A stretch of DNA of 64,000 nucleotides. It comes from Octopus sinensis (taxonomy: Eukaryota). Where the stretch lies: assembly GCF_006345805.1 (NCBI RefSeq), contig NC_043006.1, forward strand, positions 100,502,001 through 100,566,000, in the 5' to 3' direction. Under the pieces are notes generated by a model. That model had not been told where the DNA came from, did no database searches, and saw nothing but the letters and a program-made list of their open reading frames with translations. Below, piece after piece: positions 38,959 through 50,727 of the stretch. The position numbers were made by a program, and so were the translations under genes. The first letter of the stretch is position 1; each line of letters begins with the position of its first letter.

Positions 38959-39191
38959 AAGGCGGCGAGCTGGCAGAAACGTTAGCACGCCGGGCGAAAT
39001 GCGTTGCTGTGTTTCTTCTGCCGTTACGTTCCGAGTTCAAATTCCGCCGAGGTCGACTTTGCCTTTCATCCTTTCGGGGTCGATAAATTAAGTACCAGTT
39101 ACGCACTGGGGTCGATGTAATCGACTTAATCCGTTTGTCTGTCCTTGTTTGTCTCCTCTGTGTTTAGCCCCTTGTGGGTAGTAAAAAAAAA
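38959..39191 (+). mobile_element. SINE family B, full length and young
   Basis: AAGGCGGCGAGCTGGCAGAAACGTTAGC head, GAGTTCAAATTC B-box-like; nearly identical to 50497-50727. Confidence 0.9.
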
Positions 39192-39232
39192 ATATATATA
39201 TATATGTGTTTGTGTGTGTGTGACTGTGTGTG

Positions 39233-39275
<43 letters not shown>

Positions 39276-39276
<1 letters not shown>

Positions 39277-39562
39277 GAGGCGCAATGGCCTAGTGGTTAG
39301 GGCAGCGGACTCGCGGTCGCAGGATCGCAGGATCGATTCCCAGACCTGGCGTTGTGAGTGTTTATTGAGCGAAAACACCTAAAAGCTCCACGAGGCTCCG
39401 GCAGGGGGGGGGAGATCCCTGCTGTACTATTTCACCACTCTTTCTCCTGCTCGCTTAGCCAGCGGGGGTGGCGTCATTCGAAGGCTAAAACAATGCGAAC
39501 GCATGATGACCAGCGATGTGTAACAACATCTGATGGTCTGGTCGGTCACGTGATCACGTGAT
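39276..39562 (+). mobile_element. SINE family C, tRNA-derived head
   Basis: A-box TGGCCTAGTGG (39286-39296); the head matches 11629. Confidence 0.85.
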
Positions 39563-39644
39563 ATATATATATAAATATATATATATATACTTACATGCAT
39601 ACACATATATACATGCACACATGTGTTGTGTGTGGGTGTCAATG

Positions 39645-39870
39645 TGCGTGGCGTAGTGATTAGACGCACGATCTCCCGATCTTGGGGTCGTGGTTCCGAC
39701 TCCCAGACCCGCTGTATGCTGGTTTCTTCAGCGAAACACTTCATTTCCCTTTGCTCCAGTCCACTCAACTGTAAATGGGTAACCTGCAACAGACTAGCTA
39801 CCCTAGCCAGTGCAGGGTGGCATCATTCAAAAGTGAAAAGTGATGTAAAGCGCATTGTGACCCGCGATAT
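39645..39870 (+). mobile_element. Older tRNA-headed SINE (family C-related)
   Basis: GGCGTAGTGATTAG...GGTTCCGACTCCC head; the 3' part resembles 39465-39520. Confidence 0.6.
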
Positions 39871-39889
39871 ATATATATGTATAAGAATG

Positions 39890-40110
39890 TAAATAAATAA
39901 AAGTCATTTTTTTTCATACAAAAAATAAAGTTTAATCTACTATAAATTTTCCATTTTGTTCGACGAACTTTTGCCGTCTTTCTGACAACTTCACGATTCC
40001 ACGCTCATAGAACGTCTGGGCCTTATCAGCCAAAAACTGAAGCAAATGCGATTTCAGGTCATCATTATTGAAAGTCTTATCATTCAGACCATTTTGCAAA
40101 CTAAGAAAGG
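39890..40110 (-). mobile_element. Mariner transposase C-terminal fragment
   Basis: Minus strand about 40107-39932 reads FLSLQNGLNDKTFNNDDLKSHLLQF..DK.QTFYERGIVKLSERRQKFVEQNGKFIVD*, the conserved mariner C-terminus. Confidence 0.8.
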
Positions 40111-40401
40111 ATTTCCCAATTCTGGCCGTTTTACTAATCTTTAAAAACAGAAGTATTTCGGTCCATCTGTTCTACTAGACGCGTCAGGTAAAACAATACA
40201 TACTTATGTCTGTTTGTGTGTGTGTGACCGATTTCTTTTATGTGGGAACACCATTCTTCCATGTGATCAGCTTGAATGTTAAGATATTAAGATATTTTCT
40301 TAATATGAAACCAAAGCTGACCTTTATACACACTTAAAAAACTTTTGTGCACCAATGCGGTGTTGAGTACTCATTCCCATCGTTCAACATTTACGTGTGT
40401 T

Positions 40402-40443
<42 letters not shown>

Positions 40444-40469
40444 TATATACACACATAAAAGTGCATAAA

Positions 40470-40625
40470 GGTTTGTAAATATTTACATTTGACGGATATT
40501 TGTCCTCATCTTGTTTGTTGTTAACACAACGTTTCGGCTGATATACTCTCCAGCCTTCATCAAGTGTCTTGCGGAAATTTCGAACCTGGCTTCTCATTCC
40601 TAAGGTATTGTTCGATGTTGTTCTT
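40470..40625 (-). mobile_element. Penelope-type terminal-repeat fragment containing a hammerhead-like motif
   Basis: Hammerhead-like fold at 40523-40568; lies between (TA)n and (ATT)n arrays. Confidence 0.55.
40523..40568 (-). ncRNA. Minimal type I hammerhead ribozyme-like motif (C3U core variant)
   Basis: GACAC-UUGAUGA-A-GGCUG-gagaguauau-CAGCC-GAAAC-GUU-GUGUU: stem I 5 bp (one G-U), stem II 5 bp, loopless palindromic stem III. Confidence 0.55.
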
Positions 40626-40627
40626 GC

Positions 40628-40628
<1 letters not shown>

Positions 40629-40669
<41 letters not shown>

Positions 40670-40850
40670 TATTATTACTATTATTATTATTATTATTACT
40701 ATTATTATTATTATTATTATTATTACTATTATTATTATTATTATTATTACTATTATTATTATTACTATTATTATTATTATTGTTATTATTATTGCTATTA
40801 TTATTACTATTATTATTATTATTATTGTTGTTATTACTATTATTATTACT
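40629..40850. repeat. (ATT)/(ACT)n microsatellite
   Basis: Direct reading. Confidence 0.95.
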
Positions 40851-41405
40851 GAGTGAGAGAGCAGTGCATGCCATCAAAGTGACACTGGGGTAAAATATAC
40901 GAAGCCCAATATACCTATCATGACTACCCGTCTGATAAAGGTACACCAGGCACATGCATCACAACCATATGTGCGCGACATGGTGATCTCATATCAAGAT
41001 AAACAGCACATGACCTTGCAGATGGGGCCCAGTTAGATTTTTCTTCATGTTGAGCAGTCCATCCCGCTCAAAAGGTCCCTGAATAAGGGTTGTTTAAGGA
41101 TGTTGAAAGAACCACCCATGTTTCCAGAGGTGAATTATTCAAACCCCAAAAAATCCCCCTCAACACATGGCCATGATGCTCCCCCACTACTTCTGCTCGT
41201 GATCAGAGATGCACATATCGTCAGCCTCTAAGGGACATGTTCAACTGGTTATGGTCAAACAACTGACAAGCAAATCTGTGGTATTGAGCAGAATATTTGC
41301 TGTAGCCCATATTTTATACCAAGACAAACCAATGTACATGATAACACTTCCAATCAGTTAAGATCAGAAGCCATGAGAGCCATTGCCTGGTACTGCATCA
41401 GGGCA
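40851..41405 (-). repeat. Unclassified ~555-bp interspersed element embedded in (ATT)n
   Basis: Aligns end to end with 44640-45163; partial copies at 12180 and 2685. No TIRs, ORF or Pol III boxes seen. Confidence 0.85.
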
Positions 41406-41460
<55 letters not shown>

Positions 41461-41486
41461 GTTGTTATTATTATTATTATTACTAC

Positions 41487-41528
<42 letters not shown>

Positions 41529-41566
41529 TATTATTATTACTATTATTTTTATTATTATTATTACTA

Positions 41567-41597
<31 letters not shown>

Positions 41598-41809
41598 TAT
41601 TATTACTATTATTACTATTATTATTATTATTATTATTATTACTACTATTATTATTATTATTATTATTATTACTATTATTATTATTATTACTATTATTTTT
41701 ATTATTATTATTACTATTATTATTACTATTATTATTACTATTACTATTATTTTTATTATTATTATTACTATTATTATTACTATTATTATTACTATTATTA
41801 TTACTATTA

Positions 41810-41840
<31 letters not shown>

Positions 41841-41864
41841 ATTATTATTATTATTATTATTATA

Positions 41865-41925
<61 letters not shown>

Positions 41926-41940
41926 TTATTATTATTACTA

Positions 41941-41982
<42 letters not shown>

Positions 41983-42266
41983 TATTATTATTACTATATT
42001 ATTATTATTATTATTATTACTATTATTATTATTATTATTATTATTATTACTACTATTATTATTATTATTACTATTATTATTATTATTATTATTATTACTA
42101 CATTATTATTATTATTATTATTATTACTATTATTATTATTATTACTATTTTTTTATTATTATTATTACTATTATTATTACTATTATTATTACTATTACTA
42201 TTATTTTTATTATTATTATTACTATTATTATTACTATTATTATTACTATTATTATTATTACTATTA

Positions 42267-42336
<70 letters not shown>

Positions 42337-42337
42337 T
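41406..42337. repeat. ~930-bp compound (ATT)/(ACT)n array
   Basis: Direct reading; it produces the 389, 318 and 303 aa homopolymer ORFs. Confidence 0.97.
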
Positions 42338-42525
42338 AAGGCGGCGAGTGCGGTATGTCGTACGATTTGAGCTTTCCAAATTGTTTGAATTTTTGTTGTC
42401 ACGTGTTGTTAAACTTATGTTTTTATTGATTGATTTGTGTTCTAAGGTAGCTGCCATTGAAAACGAGGAAGAGACCCAGAAGAGAACAATCACATACAAA
42501 GTGATAAGTTTAAAAGGAAAAAAAG

Positions 42526-43064
42526 GTGGAGAGAGCGGCTGAAGCACTGATAGAGAAATGTCTTCATCCTCTTTCGGATAGTAAGACCTACATTAGCAAG
42601 TTCCAAAACGAAGAAGAGGTGAAGAATCATTCAGTCACCCCTCTTCGCAGCGAGTACCTGCACCTCGTCCTAACAAACCTAAGGAGAAGAGTATTAAGGA
42701 TCAAAGTGTCTGACATCCCGTCAGAAGTTGAAGTAGATTATATAGCGGCAGCCGTTCTGTACCAACTTGAAGATAAGGCAAATATCCTCCAGGCGTACAG
42801 GTTGAGAGAGCAAAACTGGATAGAAGTGGGTATGATGTTCCTCTGCCAAATTGAAGAGGAGCAGATAGAAAATATACCCGACTCTATCATCCTGAGAGAA
42901 GGGAGGAGGTTGCATGTTGAGGTCGAAGGCAGAAAGAAGAAATGCCACTTCTGTGCCTACATGAACTATTTAATGGTTTTCTGCTCAACCATGAAAGCAC
43001 CCACCAAAATTTCCCTGCTGCAAAAAAAGTGGAGAGAGCGACTGAAGCACTCATAGAGAAATGT
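42526..43064 (+). mobile_element. Possible LINE ORF1 (gag-like) fragment
   Basis: Non-repetitive ORF containing LRIKVSDIPSEV and IPDSIILREGRRLHVEVEGRKKKCHFC, ending in a CxxC like the start of an ORF1 zinc knuckle. Bracketed by a 36-bp direct repeat. Confidence 0.45.
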
Positions 43065-43195
43065 GATCCCCCTGATACAAGAAGACCCCTTAGGCTAATC
43101 GCGGAACCCTACTGTCAAAGATCTCACTGAAAACCAGTTCAAACCCCCTCTCTAGTTCCTATTCTCTTACTTACAGGTCTCTGGTGGCCCCTGAT

Positions 43196-43420
43196 TTAGT
43201 GTTTAGAATGTTGGGTTCATAATCATAAGATTGTGGTTTCGATTCCTGTACCAGGCAACGCGCTGTGTACTTGAGTAAGACACTTCATTTCACCTTGCTC
43301 CAATCCATCCAGCTGGCAAAAATGAGTAATACTTCGACGAGCCGGCGTCCTGTCCAGGTGGAGAATATGTAGGCCATGGAAACCGTTCCTCATGAGTCGG
43401 TATGACTCGAGGAAGTAACT
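43196..43420 (+). mobile_element. tRNA-headed SINE remnant (family C-related)
   Basis: TTAGTGTTTAG...GGTTTCGATTCC head; GGCGTCCTGTCCAGGTGG as in the 11629 copy. Confidence 0.6.
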
Positions 43421-43459
43421 TCTCGAGTAACATCACCTGTGTGTTTTTTTTTTACTCAC

Positions 43460-44210
43460 AGGCCATCCACTTTTGCTTTTTCGTTTAAAAGACTGCACCC
43501 ACTCCCCAATTTCACTTTCCTTTCAAGTTTCACTTGAAAGAGTCAATGAGGACTCTACCAAAGAGGAACGTCGCTCTCTTCATACCTTTCAACCTCGTCC
43601 AACGGACAACATTGTTTGCAACCGTCGTCAGAGAAAAGGAAAATTGCTTTACCTGCCCGATTAAAGGAGAACGGCGAGGCATTAGGTAATCCTCACTATG
43701 AACTCAGCCGATAGAGGGAACCGCCAACCCACGGCAGCAATTGTCTGACACAACTCCACAAGTCAGCAATGCTCGGACATTGAATGAATACATGCAGAAG
43801 GATTTAGATGTTTTGTTCTCGGAGAAACCCGTCTGACCGCACATGTGTGCCAGAGAGTCCTGGCATCAGACAGACCAGTTAACCACTGGAACGCGTCTTT
43901 TCCACAGAGAAATAAATAACGCACAAATAACAATACTTCCCCCCCACTGTTATGCCCTTTAAACCGATCAGAATTCACCAAAGATCCTCCGAAGCCATCT
44001 TTCAAGAAAGCCATCTCTTCGTGATGTATCGCATAAGGTGGGGGCTGCCGTGCTGATCGCGAACTTTTATGCTCTTCCAAGCAGACTGCCGATGTCAGCC
44101 ACCAAACATTTTGCAAACGTCTCGGCCAGAATGTGCTTAGCAGAGTTATGGACTGAAAATTACTTAGAACGGTCTCTTTTACGGTGCAGTTCCTCAGCAA
44201 CATTACCACT
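43460..44210 (-). mobile_element. Tx1/L1-type LINE, degenerate ORF2 C-terminus
   Basis: Minus-strand pieces FIQCPSIADLWSCVRQLL, LSAEFIVRI, RAGKAIFL and VRWTRLKGMKRATFL; homologous to 13010-13560. Confidence 0.6.
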
Positions 44211-44396
44211 ATTCTGATGTTTCAACTAAGACAAAATTTTATAAAAATTTTAATGTGTATTTAGGTAAAAGTTTAAAACAATGGTAGAATAATATTAATT
44301 CATTATGTCATTAGCATAATATAAACATATGAAATACCTTAATAGCCTTTCCATAGTGCTTCAATAGTATTTTAGGAGTTATTATTAGTATTATTA

Positions 44397-44590
44397 AAGG
44401 CGTCGAGCTAGCAGAATCGTTAGCCGGGCAAAATGCTTAGTGGCATTTCATCCGTCTTTTTGTTTTGAGCTCAAATTCCGCCGAGATCGACTTTTCGTTT
44501 CATCTTTTCAGGGTCGATGAAATAAGTACCAGTTACGCACTGCGGTCGATGTGATCAACTTAATCCCCTCTCTCAAGCTGCCCTTGTAGT
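44397..44590 (+). mobile_element. SINE family B
   Basis: AAGGCGTCGAGCTAGCAGAATCGTTAGC head plus family B body. Confidence 0.85.
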
Positions 44591-44639
44591 AATCATTATT
44601 GTTGTTGTTGTTGTTCTTCCTCTTCTTCTTATTATTATT

Positions 44640-45163
44640 GAGTGAGAGAGCAGCGCATGCCATCAAATTGACACCGGGGTATAATTATACGAAGTGCAAT
44701 ATACCCATCATGACTACCGACTTATTAGGGTATATCACAACCATATGTACGCGACATAGTCATTTTATATCAAGATAAACCTCGCAGGTGGGGCCCAGTT
44801 ACAATTTCCTTCAGATCGAGTAACTCATCCTGCTTAAAATGTCCCTGAATAAGGTTTGTTTAAGGGTGATGAACACCCATGTTTCAAGAGGTTAATTATT
44901 CAAGCCCCAAAGAATTCCTCTCAACACATGGTTGTGATACTCCCCGACTACTTCTGCTCATGATGAGTGATACACATATCATCAGCCAATAAGTGTCATG
45001 TGTAACCGGTTAAGGAGAAGCAGCTGACAAGCAATTCTGTGGTATCAAACAGAATATTTGCTGTCGCCCATCTTTTATACAAAGACAAAACAATGTACTT
45101 AACACTTCTAATCAGTTAAGATTAAAAGCCATGGGATCCACTGCCTGGTACTGCATCGAGGCA
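44640..45163 (-). repeat. Second, more diverged copy of the ~555-bp element
   Basis: Same termini (GAGTGAGAGAGCAG ... CTGCCTGGTACTGCATC.GGCA) as 40851-41405. Confidence 0.85.
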
Positions 45164-45164
45164 T

Positions 45165-45560
45165 TTATTATCACAAACGAGGTGAGCTGGGGTAGGAATT
45201 ATCCTGTTCTGCTGCCATGTATGGTAGATGTATGCCAAGAAACCACAAAAACTATCTGACATGAACTCGTAGAATTCATAGGGCAGAAGTTCGAAACCGG
45301 TCAATTTTCTACCTGTGTAACCGCCCATAACCTCCTGTATTTTGACGCCCGTTATCGGATTTTCGTAGAACTTCGCGCTAACTTGCTGATAGCTGTAGCA
45401 GAGTGTCCAGGTACGAACTGAAGTCCAATGCAAACGTCGACCGAAGTTTCCCCTACAAAAAATATTCCCGGAAGTGTTGCTGAAAAGTCACACAGATCTC
45501 CTCAGAACCGAGTAGCGTGCGCATGTCCCGGCATCGTAGTTTTGTTGCCCCTTAGAGTCT
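45165..45560 (-). mobile_element. Tx1/L1-type LINE, fragment at the start of the RT domain
   Basis: ENPITGVKIQEVM...GRKLTGFELLPYEFYEFMSDSF..FLAYIYHTWQQNRIIP matches the KSPGxDGLPxEFY motif region. Confidence 0.7.
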
Positions 45561-47616
45561 CCACCGATTCATCGATTCATTCAACTAAAAATTCTTCAAG
45601 GCAGTGGCCCAGCATGGCCGTAGTCAAATGACTGAAACAAGTAAAATAAAAAAAATACGTATTTCACACTGACAGTTTGCAGGTCCCTTCTCCTTGCTTT
45701 GTTTTGTAAGATCCTCATAATTACAATATTTAATTTAAATGCGTCTCAATATCTCTTTATATTCCTGTGTTTCCTCACATCTCCACAATTCTTCCTTCCT
45801 GTATCACTTTATTTTTATCTTCTGATATAACATCTAAAATTACTTTAATCGCAGCAGTTTTGTCATATTTTCTCACTCTCCTCATGAAAGCATTTCTCCA
45901 AGCGCTGAATATTTCGTCTCACATCATACTAACAAACCTTATGCTCTACTTTTACTCTTTCCACTCTTACTGACATAACATCATTATACATATCTAGTAA
46001 TTATATTCGATAATTCACCTACCCGTTTGAACTTGGTCACTAGGTAAACTTTTATGATTCACTTGAGACTTTCATCATGACGGAATCTAGAAGCTATAGA
46101 CTTCTCTGCTTAATTATTTTCCATCTTCGGCGACATCAAAGTAGTGTAATGATTATTTCCCTTGCTTATTTACTGATAATTTCTTGTGCCTATTCTTCTT
46201 CAATATTTTGTCGCTAGATTTTTTTTGTGTTCAAATTGCACAATCTGCCAATAGTAATGTTATAATACTAATAGCTATGAATTGGTAAGAGCTACAGTGT
46301 CGAACCAAATTCCTCGTGGTGCACTATTTAGTTACGTCTTCTTTGTTCTGAGTTCAAGTCCACTTGTAATTTATTAACATCTTAGGCCGAAAAAATAATG
46401 TACATGTCAAGTACTGAGGCTGATATAGATACACCATTCGGTTAAATTTAAGGGATTTTCTAGTTTATATATATAAAAAAAAATAATACTCTTTTGAACA
46501 TGGCTATTAATGTCAAAGTCTTTAGGGTGTCGAACACACTGTCTTACCATATTTTTTCAGGTTCTTTACGTTCTGAGTTCAAATACCACCAATGCCAACT
46601 TTTCGCAATTTGGTGTCAATAAAATCGACTAACCCCCACCTATACTTGTTATGTTATGCCTGCGTTCCGGCTCTTTTGTTTTCAGTTTAAATACTGTCGA
46701 CGCCATCTTCATCTTTAAACCTTCTGGAGTCGATAAAATAAGATGGATTGCTGCAAGCCATATTCGTAGGTTTTCCCCCTTTTTTTTTAGACAATGTAGT
46801 GTGATGCGACGATTGTAAACAATTCGTATGTAGAACACAATAAGTGTGCAAACAGAATAGAGGAAACAGAAGCATGATATGTTGAATATGCAGCCCTTCC
46901 ACATTTATATACACACCGACATATTGAACAGCCGAACTGTTTATAATCGTCACAACACACAGTGCTGGTTAAACAGTTTATAAACATTTTCTATGGTATA
47001 GTATTGTATCGAAACGAAACACTGTTTATACATCAGTAGTTTAATGAGATTTATTCTAGCACCGATCTGTATCATCCTGCAATGAGCCAACATAGTACAG
47101 AATATCCTAAATCCCTGCTTGGATTTGGGGCTCCCACGACAATTGAAATAATACGGTAATTGTTTTTGTTCTTCGTGTGGTTGCTGTAGTTTGGTCCCAG
47201 GTCATGCCTGTTTGAATAGATTTATGATCAAAGATATTCTAATGATCAAAGACATCCTAATGATCAAAGACGATATTGATCGATGATGAAAGATATTCCA
47301 GCCGCGACCAGCCTGCCTTTTCCTATGTACAGAACAGCATTATACAATAACAGTGACTCGTGATTTGAGGGAGATTTAGTTTCTATTTCCAACAGCTTCA
47401 GTGAGTCTCCCTAACTGAAATACATTGTCTTCAAATCAGTATTATCAATTTCCTTACCCTCTATATTACTGAAAACGCAACACACACACTATCATTCATT
47501 CACGCACACACTCACATGAGATTTCCGTTCTCCCTTTCATTCTGTCATTCCCTGTTTTTCAGCCTGTCTCACTCTCTCTTCACCGCTCACTGTTTCCTAT
47601 CTCCCCTTCTCTCTCA

Positions 47617-47651
<35 letters not shown>

Positions 47652-48900
47652 CGATTCTCTCCATCTTTCTCTTAAAGTAGATTACATACAGAAGGGATAA
47701 CGCAAAATGAAAAACCAGAATACAATGCAATAAGAACTGAGCAGGCAATCCAATACAACACTTAATTTAACTATTACGAAACCAATATCCATAGAGTAAT
47801 ACCTAATACTCTAGACAGAAATATATAATACATTTGCAAGTAATAGGCATAAATTTGATAATAAACGTAATTGTAGCTGTAAAAACAAAGCCGTGTGTCT
47901 CTTGCAGGAATATGTCTCAAACGTATACCGTATATAAACATAGAGTAACAGCTGAAGGTATTTCTAGTTATTATATTAGTTCATGGGCTACAAACTTTAA
48001 GAGAGGAATGAAAACGTCAACTGTACAAGTTTGAGTGGATTCATTTGGGCTTTAAAAGATAGGGACACTGAATATGACATTAGATGGTCGATTGTTGGTA
48101 GTGCGTCACTATATCTTTATGTGAGTCGGAAATATGGTCTTATTTGGAAGAAATATCCCACATCATTAAATCGAAAGGCAAGTTATTAAACGCTAGAAAT
48201 GAATTAAAATTAAAATCTGTACATTCATACAAAGAAGGTTTTTTTATATCTTCCAAGTAAGTAATCTTAATTTGAAATCACTTAAACAGAATGACACGTA
48301 AGTTAACATTATTAAATAAATACTTATAGATTTAATATAAATTTTGAATAATTTACACTAGTTTACTACTGCAAAAGATTAAATAACCCCACAATGCTAT
48401 TGTTTTCTTTTCTGCTAAAGGAAAATAATGTTTGAGCTTTACTTTCCTTTATTCAATTGAACTAATATTGGACATCTGATATAACAAAATATATCAAATT
48501 CTATTGCCATGGACAAGTTAAATTACGCGAGTGAAACAATATTTATTTCCTATTAGTTTCGTCTTCTTTTATATCTATTAGTTTACCTTATATTATATTA
48601 TCTTTAATATAAGCAGTCAGTTGTGTGAAGATATACTGAACCTCTTATGGTAACTTCTACAACTAAGTGTGATAAACTGATCTCTTCCCATAATGTCTAA
48701 AAGGACCATTCTCGGTTTAAATGATGCCAGAAACTCCTATGTCTTTATTTTATGTTCCCTCACCAAAAGTATACTTTAATAGCGTATATCTAAAGCATGA
48801 ATCCTCAGTTCGCTTTACCCACCTGTATCGATAACACTTCGAATAAAGAAAATGCACGTACCTATTATATCAAAGGACATTAGGATATGTCCTAACAAGT

Positions 48901-49035
48901 AATGGAATGAAAGCAGAATAATGGAATGAAAGCAGAATAATGGAATGAAAGCAGAAACAAGTTATGGAATGAAATGGATTATAAAGAGAGCAATCACAAA
49001 GAGAGCAATTATAAAGAGAGCAATCACTAAAAGAA
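48901..49035. repeat. Short tandem repeats: 19-mer x3 (48901-48957) and ~15-mer x3 (about 48980-49030)
   Basis: AATGGAATGAAAGCAGAAT x3; ATAAAGAGAGCAATC-like x3. Confidence 0.85.
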
Positions 49036-49724
49036 AAATAAAAGGCGTGGCTGATCCTGATTGGAACCACAATAAAATATTGAAACTTTATTTTTTCCAT
49101 CGCAGCCTCAGGTGCGACATCATTTGCTCAATGCGGAGAATACACCACCAGCATTGCCCAGACGAAATTCTCATCAGATTGAGGAATTCATCCATAACTG
49201 GGGTCACGTGCCATACCCCAACTACACAACACATAACTTCATTGAAACACAATTTCTTTTCCTCAACAGACCCTACTCTTTTTATCATTATCCAAAAAAA
49301 GAACAGATCAAAGAACATAAAGATCTCATCACCTTGAAACAAATCCTGGACAAATTTTTTCAGGTGATACAAAATGACCCACTTATACCAGGATAGATTT
49401 CAGTTAAAAATAACTCCCTACTTTAATGATCTATGATACCACAAAACTTGGCTTGAAAACGACTTTACAGACCCCATCAAGCTGTGCCACTAAGTTAGAT
49501 ATGGTCTAGGCCAGTTTTCGGCTGAGCATGCCTAAATTGTATCTAAATTATGTAGTTTACGTGGAATCCAATGAAGTAAATTCAGGAAACTCAGGATTTA
49601 CCTGTCGAATTAAGCACAGTTTAATTGCTTATCTTCAACTATTCAGAATGTCATTTGATATGGTTAGCCAGATCTAGATTGTATGAGAGTGCTCATGCAT
49701 ATTTTAAATCCTTGTTATTTTATA

Positions 49725-49793
<69 letters not shown>

Positions 49794-50496
49794 TGTGTGT
49801 GTGTGTATACAAATACATACATATTTATATATATACGTGTGTGTATGAATATATGTATGTACGTACATATGTATGTATGTATATATGTATGTATATATGC
49901 ATATGTATGTCTATAGGCATGTATGTATGGTTGTAGGTATGTATGTACCTTTTCAGAATCAGGCAGTAATTATCTAACGTATCCAATACAAAAATATCCA
50001 AGATATCAGAAATATCAGAGTTATATACAACGTGGAAGGCAATCCAAATGTAGATATATTGAAGTATCCTTATAGATGTAAATCTGTTTCACAATCCGTA
50101 GATGATTATCATACAAAATAAATTTTATGCTGTTTTGTGAAGAACGCGCTTATAAATCTCTAACGTGCAATGAAATCGTTCACAGTACAAGTCCAAAAGT
50201 ATTTCACACTTAAACAGAAATGTAGGCGGTATTTCAATAAATCGTAAACTGATTTATTGAAATTTGCCTCCATCAACATAGCGTTGATCAATAGAAGCCA
50301 ACAACTGTTATCAAGCACAACATTCACTGTCAGACACACGTTGTCACAGCTATGTAGGGGCGTGGGTAGCAGATATGAGAAGGTGCTATCAGTCGCAACC
50401 CCATCTACCAGTCTCCTCCACCTACTGAAGTCATCACTATGTATTTATGACCGCCATCTCTGACTCTCTACATCACTCTCTCCCTCCTCTCTTTCT

Positions 50497-50727
50497 AAGG
50501 CGGCGAGCTGGCAGAAACGTTAGCACACCGGGCGAAATGCTTAGCGGTATTGCGTCTGTCGCTGCGTTCTGAGTTCAAATTCCGCCGAGGTCGACTTTGC
50601 CTTTCATTCTTGCGGGGTCGATAAATTAAGTACCAGATACGCACTGGGATCGATGTAATCGACTTAATCCGTTTGTCCGTCCTTGTTTGTCCCCTCTATG
50701 TTTAGCCCCTCGTGGGCAATAAAGAAA
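50497..50727 (+). mobile_element. SINE family B, full length, between 127-bp direct repeats
   Basis: Nearly identical to 38959-39191; flanks 50370-50496 and 50728-50854 differ at 4 positions. Confidence 0.92.

Noticed and set aside
41200-41405. HDV-like ribozyme at the end of the 555-bp element
   Set aside because: I could not find a compatible P1/P2/P3 set with a 7-nt L3.
41373-42542. The 389, 318 and 303 aa ORFs and the other poly-I/L/Y, YI-, CV- and SIYL-repeat ORFs in the track
   Set aside because: They are translations of (ATT)n, (TA)n, (TG)n, (GAA)n and (GATA)n microsatellites, which lack stops in some frames. Not genes.
47224-47271. Short local tandem duplications (18-mer here; 29-mer at 25820-25876; 20-mer at 36571-36610) as CRISPR-like repeats
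   Set aside because: Only 2-3 directly adjacent units with no spacers, inside SINE remnants of a eukaryotic genome. Simple slippage.
49000-49480. Penelope-like linker peptide (LKQILDKFFQVIQNDPLI)
   Set aside because: Plausible, but it is one weak motif with no RT or GIY-YIG support nearby.
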